Of a stretch of DNA of 64,000 nt, positions 1-8,328 are shown piece after piece. A program made the translations under genes and the position numbers. Below the pieces are notes generated by a model. It saw nothing but the letters and a program-made list of their open reading frames with translations, made no database searches and had not been told where the DNA came from. Location: positions 3,842-67,841 of the forward strand of contig RKRN01000058.1 in the NCBI GenBank assembly GCA_007571365.1, read 5' to 3'. The number at the start of each line of letters is the position of its first letter. The first letter of the stretch is position 1. This DNA is from Candidatus Latescibacterota bacterium. GTDB taxonomy: Bacteria; Latescibacterota; UBA2968; UBA8231.

Positions 1-116
1 GATGATAAGGAATATCCAAGCCGCGCAAACAGCTAGGCGACTTTATAAATTCTTGCGCTCCAGTTGCGGTCGCATGTACCACAACGTCGCCGTGCCCGAC
101 CGTGCCTGCGGTTGGG

Positions 117-133
117 AACTGCGTCAAGGTTGT
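117..133. repeat. 17-nt direct repeat AACTGCGTCAAGGTTGT, copy 1
   Basis: The exact 17-mer recurs at 1646..1662. The next ~18 nt align loosely with the RBS region of the 1680 gene. Confidence 0.8.
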
Positions 134-204
134 AGCGAAGAGGAAGAGAGGCTCCTAGACGGATGCTAGCCGGTCTGTAATCCGCCTTTTCCGAGGGCTG
201 CTAC

Positions 205-579
205 CTACTCCCGATAGCCGCGTAGTGCAATTCGATCCAGCAGAATAACTTGGTCTCTGTCGCCAAATAGGAACGCCACCCGGACATCTCGTACATCCCT
301 GCCGGTATGCCTATACTCAATCGTATATTCCCTTTTTGCGTTCGAGATTGTCACCGGCTTGGAGGTCCAAAACCCATCGCTCGAACCGGCGACGTCGGCC
401 AATCGCACCTTGAGAGTCCCCAGCCCACCCACGGACTTGGCTAGGAAGGATATTTTATAAAGCCTTCCCTTTCGCAGGGAGATCAGGTATCTGCCCGGAG
501 GACTCCACGCTCTTTTGGGGGTTTCCTGATAGATTTCGGCACCGGGTGCGATAGCTGCTCTCTCACTTGGTCCTTCCAC
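205..579 (-). pseudogene. Carbohydrate-binding-module-like beta-sandwich tail, probably the out-of-frame 3' part of the GH5 gene upstream
   Basis: 124-aa ORF with a CBM4/9-like pattern (LKVRLADV...VRVAFLFGDRDQVILLDRIAL). It overlaps the 3' end of frame 483..1472 by 97 nt in another frame. Confidence 0.45.
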
Positions 580-1400
580 CGAGGAACTTCGTCTAGCCCC
601 GAGGTTCCATGCGTGAACTCATGAGGTTGATACAGGTGGAAGATGCCGATGATATTGGCGTCTTCCGCAAACCCTGAGCCGTCTTCCAGCCGGTAGGTCA
701 GATATTCCGGTGAGACGAATTCCTCGAGCTCACGCCCCTCGTTAAAGCCAGGTCCGCCGATTCCGAGAGGGCGGTCTGGGTTGGTCTCCCTGATGATGGG
801 GATCGCCGCGTCGAGGTATTCCATAACGGCTTCGCCGTCCCTTATCCCCTCAACCCCGCCCGGTTGCACGATCAGCCCCGCCGGTTCGTTCCAAAGTTCA
901 AAGACAAGGCTGCCGGGGTAGTCCCTGTAGTACTGCGCAATTCCATCCCAAATTGCGACAAACTTCTGTATCCCCTCTTTCGGCTTCGATGCCCATTGGC
1001 CGCTGCCCCACAAGCAGATCACGACAGCAAGATCGCGGTCCAACGCGTCCTGTATTCTCGTTTTGTAGATAGCAGGATCTGCCCCCGCACCGACGAAGAA
1101 GCGGATGCTTTGGAATCCCGCGGCCTTGACGGCATCATACTGGGCAGGATCATACACCATCTTTTCGGGTGGACCACCGGCAAGACAGGCGACATCTACG
1201 TTGATACCTTTGCCGATCCGCTCGAACATGCTCTCCCCTTTGTTCAACTTCGTCGTTGATTCGTAACCGCACAGTTCCCCCGGTAGGGGAAAGCCCAGAA
1301 TGAGTGCTATGGCGATCTTGCGGAAGCGGAGTATGCTGTTTTTGCACCGGCAAAAGCGACGGAGCCGCCTAGCCAGCGAAGGGCGATTTTTTGCTCCCAT
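483..1400 (-). CDS. Glycoside hydrolase family 5 (cellulase-like) catalytic domain, 3' end apparently frameshifted
   Basis: VFELWNEP acid/base motif and HLYQPHEFTH. Candidate starts are ATG 1400 (signal-like MGAKNRPS...IAIALILG) or ATG 1229 (preceded by GGGGAG). The ORF-track start at 1472 runs into the tRNA terminator. Confidence 0.65.
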   Translation of the reverse strand: MGAKNRPSLARRLRRFCRCKNSILRFRKIAIALILGFPLPGELCGYESTTKLNKGESMFERIGKGINVDVACLAGGPPEKMVYDPAQYDAVKAAGFQSIRFFVGAGADPAIYKTRIQDALDRDLAVVICLWGSGQWASKPKEGIQKFVAIWDGIAQYYRDYPGSLVFELWNEPAGLIVQPGGVEGIRDGEAVMEYLDAAIPIIRETNPDRPLGIGGPGFNEGRELEEFVSPEYLTYRLEDGSGFAEDANIIGIFHLYQPHEFTHGTSGLDEVPRWKDQVREQLSHPVPKSIRKPPKERGVLRADT

Positions 1401-1486
1401 TGCAGGTCGATAGTGCTCCTTGGCCAGCGCGCATATTCTCCGGCACCAGTTCCGCTGGGCGCTGAGCAACAAAAACGAGGGGATAC

Positions 1487-1514
1487 GAAAAAAGCCCCTG
1501 AAAAATCAGGGGCT
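1487..1514 (-). terminator. Rho-independent terminator downstream of tRNA-Val
   Basis: The minus strand reads AGCCCCTG-ATTTTT-CAGGGGCT followed by a T-run: an 8-bp GC-rich stem plus U-tract. Confidence 0.7.
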
Positions 1515-1521
1515 CAGAAGA

Positions 1522-1598
1522 TGGTGGGCGATACTAGACTTGAACTAGTGACCTCCTGCATGTCAAGCAGGCGCTCTAGCCAGCTGAGCTAATCGCCC
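1522..1598 (-). tRNA. tRNA-Val (anticodon GAC), CCA encoded
   Basis: Hand-folded 77-nt cloverleaf: acceptor GGGCGAT/ATCGCCC, D stem GCTC/GAGC, anticodon stem CCTGC/GCAGG with loop TTGACAT, T stem ACTAG/CTAGT with loop TTCAAGT, then ACCA. Confidence 0.95.
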
Positions 1599-1627
1599 TC
1601 GTGTTGCCTAATTACAAATGGGCCAAT

Positions 1628-1656
1628 AATATATTCCAGCGCACCAACTGCGTCAA
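1628..1656 (-). promoter_or_regulatory. Sigma70-like promoter for tRNA-Val
   Basis: The minus strand has TTGACG, a 17-nt spacer, then TATATT, about 30 nt upstream of the tRNA 5' end. The -35 box lies inside the 17-nt direct repeat. Confidence 0.4.
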
Positions 1657-1662
1657 GGTTGT
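1646..1662. repeat. 17-nt direct repeat AACTGCGTCAAGGTTGT, copy 2
   Basis: Identical to 117..133. Confidence 0.8.
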
Positions 1663-1679
1663 GCAAAAAGGAGAGCAAA

Positions 1680-2732
1680 ATGTCCCTTACCTACCGAGTT
1701 GGACTCATCGGCTGCGGGCGCATGGGTGCCACCATTGACGACGAAGTCAAAGGCGGTCCCAATGCCCGGCTCTTTCTGCCGTATTCTCATGCAGCGGCCA
1801 TCGTCGCCTGCGAGCGCATGGAACTGATCGCTGTCTGCGACCAGATCGCCGAGAAGGCCGAAAGCATCCGCAACCGCTACGGTGCCTCGCGCTCCTATGC
1901 CGATTACCGGGAAATGATCGAGCGCGAAGACCTCGACGTCGTCAGCATTGCCACCCGGCCGGGGCCGCACGCCGAACAGGTGATTTTTGCCGCCGAAGCG
2001 GGCGTCAAAGGCATCTACTGCGAAAAGTCGCTGTGCAACGCCGTGCATGAGATGGACGCCATGCTGCAAGCCTGTATGCCGCGAGGCGTCAAATTCAACT
2101 ACGGCACACAGCGGCGTTATGCCGCGCTCTACCGCAAGGCGCGCACCATGATTGAGCGCGGCGAGATCGGTCAGGTGCAGGCGGTCGTGGCAAACTGCGG
2201 GATCAGCGTGGCACAATGGGGGCACACGCATGCGGCCGACATGATGCTCTTTTTCGCGCTGGACTCAGAAGCGGAATTCGCCCAAGGGACAGTACAGGCC
2301 GGAGCCGCAGATTGGGAGGGCGACCGGCTGACCATAGATCCGCCGATCAGCAATGGATACGTGAAGTTCAAAAATGGGATCCACGCCTATCTGGTAGGTG
2401 CGCCCGGCTGGGAATTTGAAATCAGCGGCAGCGAGGGTACGCTACGCACCTTGAGCAATGGGATGGGCTATAGCCTGCGCAAGAAAGATGAGCACGGAGC
2501 ATTGCGCCCGGTGGCCGCGCCCGAAGCTATCATTGAGAGCGGCACCCTGCGCGGGATGGCGGACCTCGTCCGGGCCTTGGACGAGGACGGCGATACGCAA
2601 GGCAATCTAACGCTCGCCTGTCGCAGCCAAGAGCTGATTTTTGCGCTTGTCGAGTCGCATCGGCAGGGTGGGGCGCGGGTGGCCTTGCCGCTGGAGAACC
2701 GGGCTTTGTCGATTGCGCCAGAGCACTACTAG
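1680..2732 (+). CDS. Gfo/Idh/MocA family oxidoreductase
   Basis: Rossmann motif VGLIGCGRMG near the N-terminus. ATG 1680 is preceded by AAAGGAG. Confidence 0.85.
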   Translation: MSLTYRVGLIGCGRMGATIDDEVKGGPNARLFLPYSHAAAIVACERMELIAVCDQIAEKAESIRNRYGASRSYADYREMIEREDLDVVSIATRPGPHAEQVIFAAEAGVKGIYCEKSLCNAVHEMDAMLQACMPRGVKFNYGTQRRYAALYRKARTMIERGEIGQVQAVVANCGISVAQWGHTHAADMMLFFALDSEAEFAQGTVQAGAADWEGDRLTIDPPISNGYVKFKNGIHAYLVGAPGWEFEISGSEGTLRTLSNGMGYSLRKKDEHGALRPVAAPEAIIESGTLRGMADLVRALDEDGDTQGNLTLACRSQELIFALVESHRQGGARVALPLENRALSIAPEHY

Positions 2733-3163
2733 TGCCGATGCAGATCAGCATTGTCTCCTACGAGAAACGCCGTAACTCAGCACTAGCAAGTGCCGAGCAG
2801 GAATATATCAAGCGGCTCTCGCGGCAGGCACGGGTCGCGCTCTGCCCGGGCCGGGCACCGCGGGGCGGCCTACCGGACCGGCTGTTGCAAGGGACGTATG
2901 TCGTCGGGCTGTACGTGGAAGGAGAATCGTTTACTTCTGAGCAGTTGGCGCAACGGATCCAGCGGCTGATGAACCAAGGCCACTCGCACCTAGTGCTGGT
3001 ATTAGGCGAGGCTGAGGGAATGCCGACGGGGGTAGAACCTCAAATACAAGAGCAGTGGTCGCTGTCGCCGCTGACTTTTTCTCATCAGCTAGCGCGCTTG
3101 CTGTCATTGGAAGCCTTGTATCGGTCCTTTGACATTTTGAGCGGCGGCCGATATCACAAATAG
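2732..3163 (+). CDS. rlmH: 23S rRNA (pseudouridine1915-N3)-methyltransferase RlmH (SPOUT/YbeA family)
   Basis: Size and pattern fit RlmH: EYIKRL near the N-terminus and C-terminal LTFSHQLARLLSLEALYRSFDILSGGRYHK. Start is GTG 2732 or ATG 2738. Confidence 0.8.
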   Translation: MPMQISIVSYEKRRNSALASAEQEYIKRLSRQARVALCPGRAPRGGLPDRLLQGTYVVGLYVEGESFTSEQLAQRIQRLMNQGHSHLVLVLGEAEGMPTGVEPQIQEQWSLSPLTFSHQLARLLSLEALYRSFDILSGGRYHK

Positions 3164-3177
3164 CCGCGCTTAAACGC

Positions 3178-4320
3178 TTAAAAGTACGTCATTAACTTGT
3201 CCCACAGCCCCATGCGGCCGATGCTCTTTTCGGCGTGGATGGGCACCACGGCCAGTAGGCTGTCGCCCAGCGAGACTCGCAGCTTGCCCAGTTCAGTTCC
3301 GGCCGCGACGGGTGCCGTAAATTCTTCGGGCAGATCTAGGTGGCGGACGAGCTGCTTCTTCTGTTCGGGGGTAAGCACGGCAACTACGGTGTCTTGGGCC
3401 AAGACGCGCACCTCTGGCTCTATGCCCCAGTTGAGCACGACCTTGCCCATCAGTTCGCCGGTTTCGACGATGGGTACGCGCGAGAAGTTATCAAAGCCCC
3501 AAGTTAGCAGGCGGCGGGTTTCTCGGTTGCGGACGCTCGTAGAGGGGGCCCCTAAGATCACAGAGATTAGGCGCATGTCGCGGCGCATGGCTGTGGAAAC
3601 GAGGCAGGAGCCGGCGCGCCGCGTATAGCCGGTTTTTAGCCCGTCGAGCCCTTGGAATCGCCCCAGCAGCTTGTTGGTGGCACGGAGTGTGAACTTGCCG
3701 TTGCGAAAGGGCTTGCGGCGGGTAGATGACCATTGCAGGACCTCGGGATGATGGGCCAAAAGCTCGCGGGCGATCTTGGACAGGTCGTGGGCTGTGCTTA
3801 GGTTGCCCTTGCCGGGCGGGGTGTTGTCGAGGCCGTGGACATTGACAACGCGCGTGTCGTGCATGCCGAGGCTTTGAGCGCGCTCGTTCATCCGCCTGAC
3901 AAAGCTGGCGGTTGAGCCGCTGACGTGCTCGGCAATAGCGACGCAAGCATCGTTGGCCGAGGCAATAGCCGCAGCCTCCATCAGCTCCCGCAGGGTAAAG
4001 ACCTCGCCCTTCTTCAAATAGACCTGAGAACCGTTGGTACGCGCCGCACGCCGGGAGATCCGCACTTTGTCGTCTAGCGAGACTTTGCCGGCTTTGACCA
4101 ATTCGAGAACCACGAGTTGGAGCATCAGCTTTTGGGTGCTGGCAGGCGAGCGCTGCCTATCTGGATGATGGGCAAAAAGGACAGTACCGCTTTCGGCTTC
4201 GAGCAAGATGGCGGCGGCATACGGCGGCTTTGGGCCAGGGTCGAAGACAGCAGCTTGCAATGGTACGGAGAATAAACAGATGACGACACACAGCGAACGA
4301 ATATGCATTGTTTTTCTCAT
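3178..4320 (-). CDS. D-alanyl-D-alanine carboxypeptidase (peptidase S11, PBP5/6-like)
   Basis: Signal peptide, SxxK (STQK), SxN (SAN) and KTG (KTGYT) motifs in the canonical order. Confidence 0.85.
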   Translation of the reverse strand: MRKTMHIRSLCVVICLFSVPLQAAVFDPGPKPPYAAAILLEAESGTVLFAHHPDRQRSPASTQKLMLQLVVLELVKAGKVSLDDKVRISRRAARTNGSQVYLKKGEVFTLRELMEAAAIASANDACVAIAEHVSGSTASFVRRMNERAQSLGMHDTRVVNVHGLDNTPPGKGNLSTAHDLSKIARELLAHHPEVLQWSSTRRKPFRNGKFTLRATNKLLGRFQGLDGLKTGYTRRAGSCLVSTAMRRDMRLISVILGAPSTSVRNRETRRLLTWGFDNFSRVPIVETGELMGKVVLNWGIEPEVRVLAQDTVVAVLTPEQKKQLVRHLDLPEEFTAPVAAGTELGKLRVSLGDSLLAVVPIHAEKSIGRMGLWDKLMTYF

Positions 4321-4502
4321 TAAAAAAAATAAGGGGCATTGCGAGGGAATGAACCTAAATGTAATAATTAAGGCATGTTAGGTCAATCAATAATATGGCA
4401 CCACCCATGTGGTCAGCGGGCGGAGCACGACGCTATTTTGAGTCGGCCGATGTTTGCTTGCGAGGGCCAGCAGCGCAATTTTAGAGTGAGAAAGGACGAC
4501 CT

Positions 4503-5486
4503 ATGACTACGGCAACCATACCTCAACTCACGTATAGCGGCAAGCCGATCGCCGTGGATCAGGTGGGACAGCTCCGCCGCTCGGATGATATAATTAGCGA
4601 CCGCGACGCGCTCTGGGAGCGGATGGAAGAAGACGGGTATTTGTTTTTGCCGGGGTATTTGGATCGGCGCGAAGTGTTGGCGGCGCGGGCAGAATTGTGC
4701 GATCGCCTCTTCAAGGCTGGGGTGTTAGACCCGACGCGGCCGCCGCTGGAAGGGGTAGTGGCCACGGGCAAGACGATCAATCCGGCGGCCACCGGCTCTT
4801 TTATGCCCGTTCTAGCGCGCAACAACCCGCCGCTGGACAAGGTCCTCTACGACGGCCCGATGATGAACTTCTACCAGTTCTTCTTAGGCGGCCCGGTTAG
4901 GCATTACGACTACACTTGGTTCCGCGCCAAGCAGCCGGGCACGCACACGGCGACGACCCCGCATTGCGACATCGTCTATATGGGCCGAGGCACCAAGGCG
5001 CTCTATACGTCTTGGACCCCCTTCAGCGACGTGCCCTACGAGATGGGGGGGCTGATGGTTTTGGAGGGTTCGCACGAGAACGAAGCGCTGAAACAAGGCT
5101 ACGGCCAAACTGATGTGGATGCGTTCTGCGAAAACGATGGCCCCGCCGCACGCCAAATCGTCGAGGCCGCACAAGAGCAGGGCCGCGAACTGACCCGAGA
5201 AGAACGCGCACAAATTCGCTGGAACTCATCTGGGGCCTACTCGCACGACGCGATTGCCGTGCGCGAGGAGCTACAGGGCCGCTGGCTGACAGCCGAGTAC
5301 CAGATGGGAGATTTGCTGGTATTCTGCATGTACCTGTTGCACGCTAGTTCGGACAACCAGACGGACCGCATTCGCCTGTCTGCTGATACGCGCTACCAGC
5401 GGTCTCACGAGCCAATAGACGACCGCTGGATCGGCGGCGATCCGCCCGCGCACGGCATCCGCGCCAAGCGGGGCATGGTGTGTTGA
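4503..5486 (+). CDS. Phytanoyl-CoA dioxygenase (PhyH) family Fe(II)/2-oxoglutarate oxygenase
   Basis: PhyH-like N-terminal pattern (GYLFLPGYL), H-x-D (HCD), and a distal His in LLHASS. Confidence 0.65.
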   Translation: MTTATIPQLTYSGKPIAVDQVGQLRRSDDIISDRDALWERMEEDGYLFLPGYLDRREVLAARAELCDRLFKAGVLDPTRPPLEGVVATGKTINPAATGSFMPVLARNNPPLDKVLYDGPMMNFYQFFLGGPVRHYDYTWFRAKQPGTHTATTPHCDIVYMGRGTKALYTSWTPFSDVPYEMGGLMVLEGSHENEALKQGYGQTDVDAFCENDGPAARQIVEAAQEQGRELTREERAQIRWNSSGAYSHDAIAVREELQGRWLTAEYQMGDLLVFCMYLLHASSDNQTDRIRLSADTRYQRSHEPIDDRWIGGDPPAHGIRAKRGMVC

Positions 5487-6077
5487 TTAGTTGACGGACG
5501 GGTCTTTGGGAAACACCGAGATGGGGCGATATTTGCCCCCTAGGGAATGCAGTACGGTTTGCCACATGGTCTCGGGCGCGGCCGCGAGGACTAGCTCGGG
5601 TTCGCCTGGGGCCAGAAACCAAGTGCCGGCACTAATTTCGGATTCGAGTTGGCCCGGCTCCCAACCGGCATAACCCAAGTAAAACCGCAGCCGCGGCGCG
5701 TCGGGCCGGAGGATATCAGCCTCCGCGTACTGGGTATTGAGGTTGCCACCCAGATAGAGGCCGTTGAGGATTTTCGTCCCCCCTTCAACTAAGCCGTCGA
5801 GGCGGTGCAAAAAGAAAAGATAGTGCTGATGCACTGGCCCCCCCTGATAGAATATCCGCCCCAACTCTGCACACGCATCTTCGCCGCCGGTGAGTTGTTG
5901 CAGGGAATCAGTCGCGTAGCGCCGGATCTGCTTGCCAAGCGGCTGGTTGAGCACCAAGCCCATGGTGAGGTCTGTTTCGCTATAGTGGGTGATGAGCACG
6001 ACCGCGCGGTCGAAGGCGAGCGATTCAAGCGCGGGCGTGGCGACCAACAGGGTGCCGGTTTGGAGCGGTGCAGGCAT
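5487..6077 (-). CDS. YqgE/AlgH family protein (UPF0301)
   Basis: GTLLVATPAL...FDRAVVLI...GLVLNQP...GGPV...GYAGWEPGQLESEI pattern. Confidence 0.8.
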   Translation of the reverse strand: MPAPLQTGTLLVATPALESLAFDRAVVLITHYSETDLTMGLVLNQPLGKQIRRYATDSLQQLTGGEDACAELGRIFYQGGPVHQHYLFFLHRLDGLVEGGTKILNGLYLGGNLNTQYAEADILRPDAPRLRFYLGYAGWEPGQLESEISAGTWFLAPGEPELVLAAAPETMWQTVLHSLGGKYRPISVFPKDPSVN

Positions 6078-6145
6078 GACAGGTAGCTATGTAGCGAGTG
6101 CGGCTGTGAACGATAACAAAGATCGCACGGCGGGACAACCGCGCT

Positions 6146-7303
6146 TCAAGGATACATCAAGTAGCGGCGGCGGCTAGCGTCAAAGGCTTGGCACGCTTGG
6201 TCCCAAGCGTCCTGCAACTGGGAAACTGCTGCGCCCGCGGCGAGTGCGCGGCGAAGTTGGTCGGTGCCGGCGAGGCGGTCGAAGTTGTGGATGCCACCGG
6301 CCGGGACGCGCCAGGCGAATGCACGCGGATAGAGCCGACGCACGGCCGCGAGTGCCTCAAAGCCAACGCCGACCGGCTCAAAAGCGGCGCGGTCGAGGAC
6401 GTGGACTTGGACGCCTTGGCAGGTTTCGCCCGCGTATTTGCCAGCCGTCGGCCGAAAAAACACCGGGCGGAAGCCCACCCCGGGCAGGGCGCGGTCGTTG
6501 AGCGCGTCGGCTAGGCGCGCCCCGCTGATAAACGGTGCGCCAAACTGCTCAAAAGGCTTGGCTGTCCCCCGTCCTTCAGAGACATTGGTCCCCTCAAAGA
6601 AGCAGGTTCCCGGATAAATTACGGCCGTCTCTGGGCTGGGCATGTTGGGCGACGGCGGCACCCACGGCAGGCCGGTGTCCGCCCAGTAAAAGGAGCGTTG
6701 CCAGCCCGCCATAGCAACGACGTGCAGGTCCGCGCCGATTCCGTATTCCTCATTGAAGAGCCGAGCGAGTTCGCCGATGCTCAGGCCATAGCGCACCGGA
6801 ATGGGGTACTGTCCGACGAAGGAGGCAAACGCTGGATCGAGACAATTTCCAGCGATGACTTGGCCGCCAATGGGATTGGGGCGGTCGAGCACGAGGAAGG
6901 GAATGCCCGCTTGGGCGCAGGCGACCATGCTCAGGCTCATAGTGTAGAGATAGGTGTAAAAGCGTACGCCGACGTCTTGGATGTCAAAGAGCATCAACTC
7001 GACACCAGCGAGCATGGTCGCGTCCGGTGCTCGCCCGGGGCCGTAGAGGCTGTAGGTTGGTACGCCGGTGCGCTCATCGGTGGAATGGGCGATGTGTTCG
7101 CCGTCTTGCGCGGCCCCGCGAATTCCGTGCTCTGGCCCGTACAAAGCAACGAGCGTACAGAGATCGGATTGGTGTAGCCGGTCGGCGGTGGATTGCAGAC
7201 GCGCATCGACGCCTGAGTGATTGGTAATCAGGCCGACGCGGCGGCCGCGGATTAGGTCGGCTTGCGCACACAGGCGTTCGCAGCCGAGGACGACGCGACT
7301 CAT
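6146..7303 (-). CDS. DUF1343 family exo-beta-N-acetylmuramidase (NamZ-like)
   Basis: GLITNHSG and LYGPEHGIRG motifs. Homology starts at MSRVVLG (ATG 7303), which forms an ATGA overlap with the stop of the GT2 gene. Confidence 0.8.
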   Translation of the reverse strand: MSRVVLGCERLCAQADLIRGRRVGLITNHSGVDARLQSTADRLHQSDLCTLVALYGPEHGIRGAAQDGEHIAHSTDERTGVPTYSLYGPGRAPDATMLAGVELMLFDIQDVGVRFYTYLYTMSLSMVACAQAGIPFLVLDRPNPIGGQVIAGNCLDPAFASFVGQYPIPVRYGLSIGELARLFNEEYGIGADLHVVAMAGWQRSFYWADTGLPWVPPSPNMPSPETAVIYPGTCFFEGTNVSEGRGTAKPFEQFGAPFISGARLADALNDRALPGVGFRPVFFRPTAGKYAGETCQGVQVHVLDRAAFEPVGVGFEALAAVRRLYPRAFAWRVPAGGIHNFDRLAGTDQLRRALAAGAAVSQLQDAWDQACQAFDASRRRYLMYP

Positions 7304-8328
7304 GGCTCGGGCACGAGCGCGGAGGCGCGCTGGACGCGGCGAGCAAAGTACTGGTAGAGAATGCTGCCCGCATAGACGCCGTCGCGTGCGACTGCTGCAC
7401 CGCGGATGGCTTGGCTTTGGCCGCGGCGGCGATAGATGTTGCGCGGATGCACGAGGCACCAGAGCAAGGCCGCCCCAGGGGCCAAGGCCCTGGACCAGTG
7501 CCCCCGACGAAGGTAGTAGAACGTGGTTGCCACTTCCAGCCATAGACGCAAGGGCAGCAGCCACAGCAGGCGGCGGCTCCCTTCGTTTTTGCACAGCGTG
7601 ATGAGGCTGTTGCGGTGGTTGAAGTAGGTCTTGCGAAAGGTGGCCGGCGGCTGAGAAAAGCCCGAATGGTGAAAGACCACAGATTGCGGCACCGCGCGGA
7701 TTTGGTAGCCAGCAAGCTGGAGTCGCCAGCACAAGTCGATTTCCTCAAAGTGCATGAAGTAATCCGGGTCGAAAAACCCAACTTGGCGGGCGGCGGCGAC
7801 GCGGAGGAAAAGGGCGGCGCCGCAGGCCCAAAAGAGCGGCACGGATGCATCGTATTGGCCCTCGTCGCGCTCGCAGCGGTCGAAAAGCCGCCCCCGACAA
7901 AAGGCGTAGCCCAAGGCATCGATATAGCCGCCGGCCGCGCCGCCGTAATCGAAGCGGTCGGGCGCACTGGCCGACCGCAGCTTGGGCTGGCAAGCGGCGA
8001 TTCGCGGATCACTGTCGGCCATGGCAACGAGGGGGGCGAGCCAGTTTGGCTCGACGCGGGTGTCGTCGTTGAGCAACACGGCGTAGCGGGTGTGGGCGGC
8101 GGCCAAACCGCGGTTGCAGGCGGCGGCAAACCCGAGATTGCGCTCGTTGGACAAGATCTCTAACGCGGGAAATGCGGCTTTGGCCCGCTGCAAGCTAGGC
8201 GCGTTACCGCCGTCGTCCACCACGAGCACACAGACGGGGTAATTGCTGTGTGCATAGACCGAGACTAGGCAGTCGTAGAGCACGTCCGCGCGGTAGTGCG
8301 GGATGACGACAGTGACGGCCTCGGTCAT
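7300..8328 (-). CDS. Family 2 glycosyltransferase
   Basis: VTVVIPHY...VLVVDDGGN and LNDD motifs. There are ATGA overlaps with both neighbours. Confidence 0.85.
   Translation of the reverse strand: MTEAVTVVIPHYRADVLYDCLVSVYAHSNYPVCVLVVDDGGNAPSLQRAKAAFPALEILSNERNLGFAAACNRGLAAAHTRYAVLLNDDTRVEPNWLAPLVAMADSDPRIAACQPKLRSASAPDRFDYGGAAGGYIDALGYAFCRGRLFDRCERDEGQYDASVPLFWACGAALFLRVAAARQVGFFDPDYFMHFEEIDLCWRLQLAGYQIRAVPQSVVFHHSGFSQPPATFRKTYFNHRNSLITLCKNEGSRRLLWLLPLRLWLEVATTFYYLRRGHWSRALAPGAALLWCLVHPRNIYRRRGQSQAIRGAAVARDGVYAGSILYQYFARRVQRASALVPEP

Noticed and set aside
7304-7732. 143-aa N-terminal extension of the DUF1343/NamZ ORF in the track (6146..7732)
   Set aside because: It lies entirely inside the GT2 gene in another frame and is Pro/Arg/Ala-rich. 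Family similarity begins at MSRVVLG, whose ATG forms an ATGA overlap with the GT2 stop.
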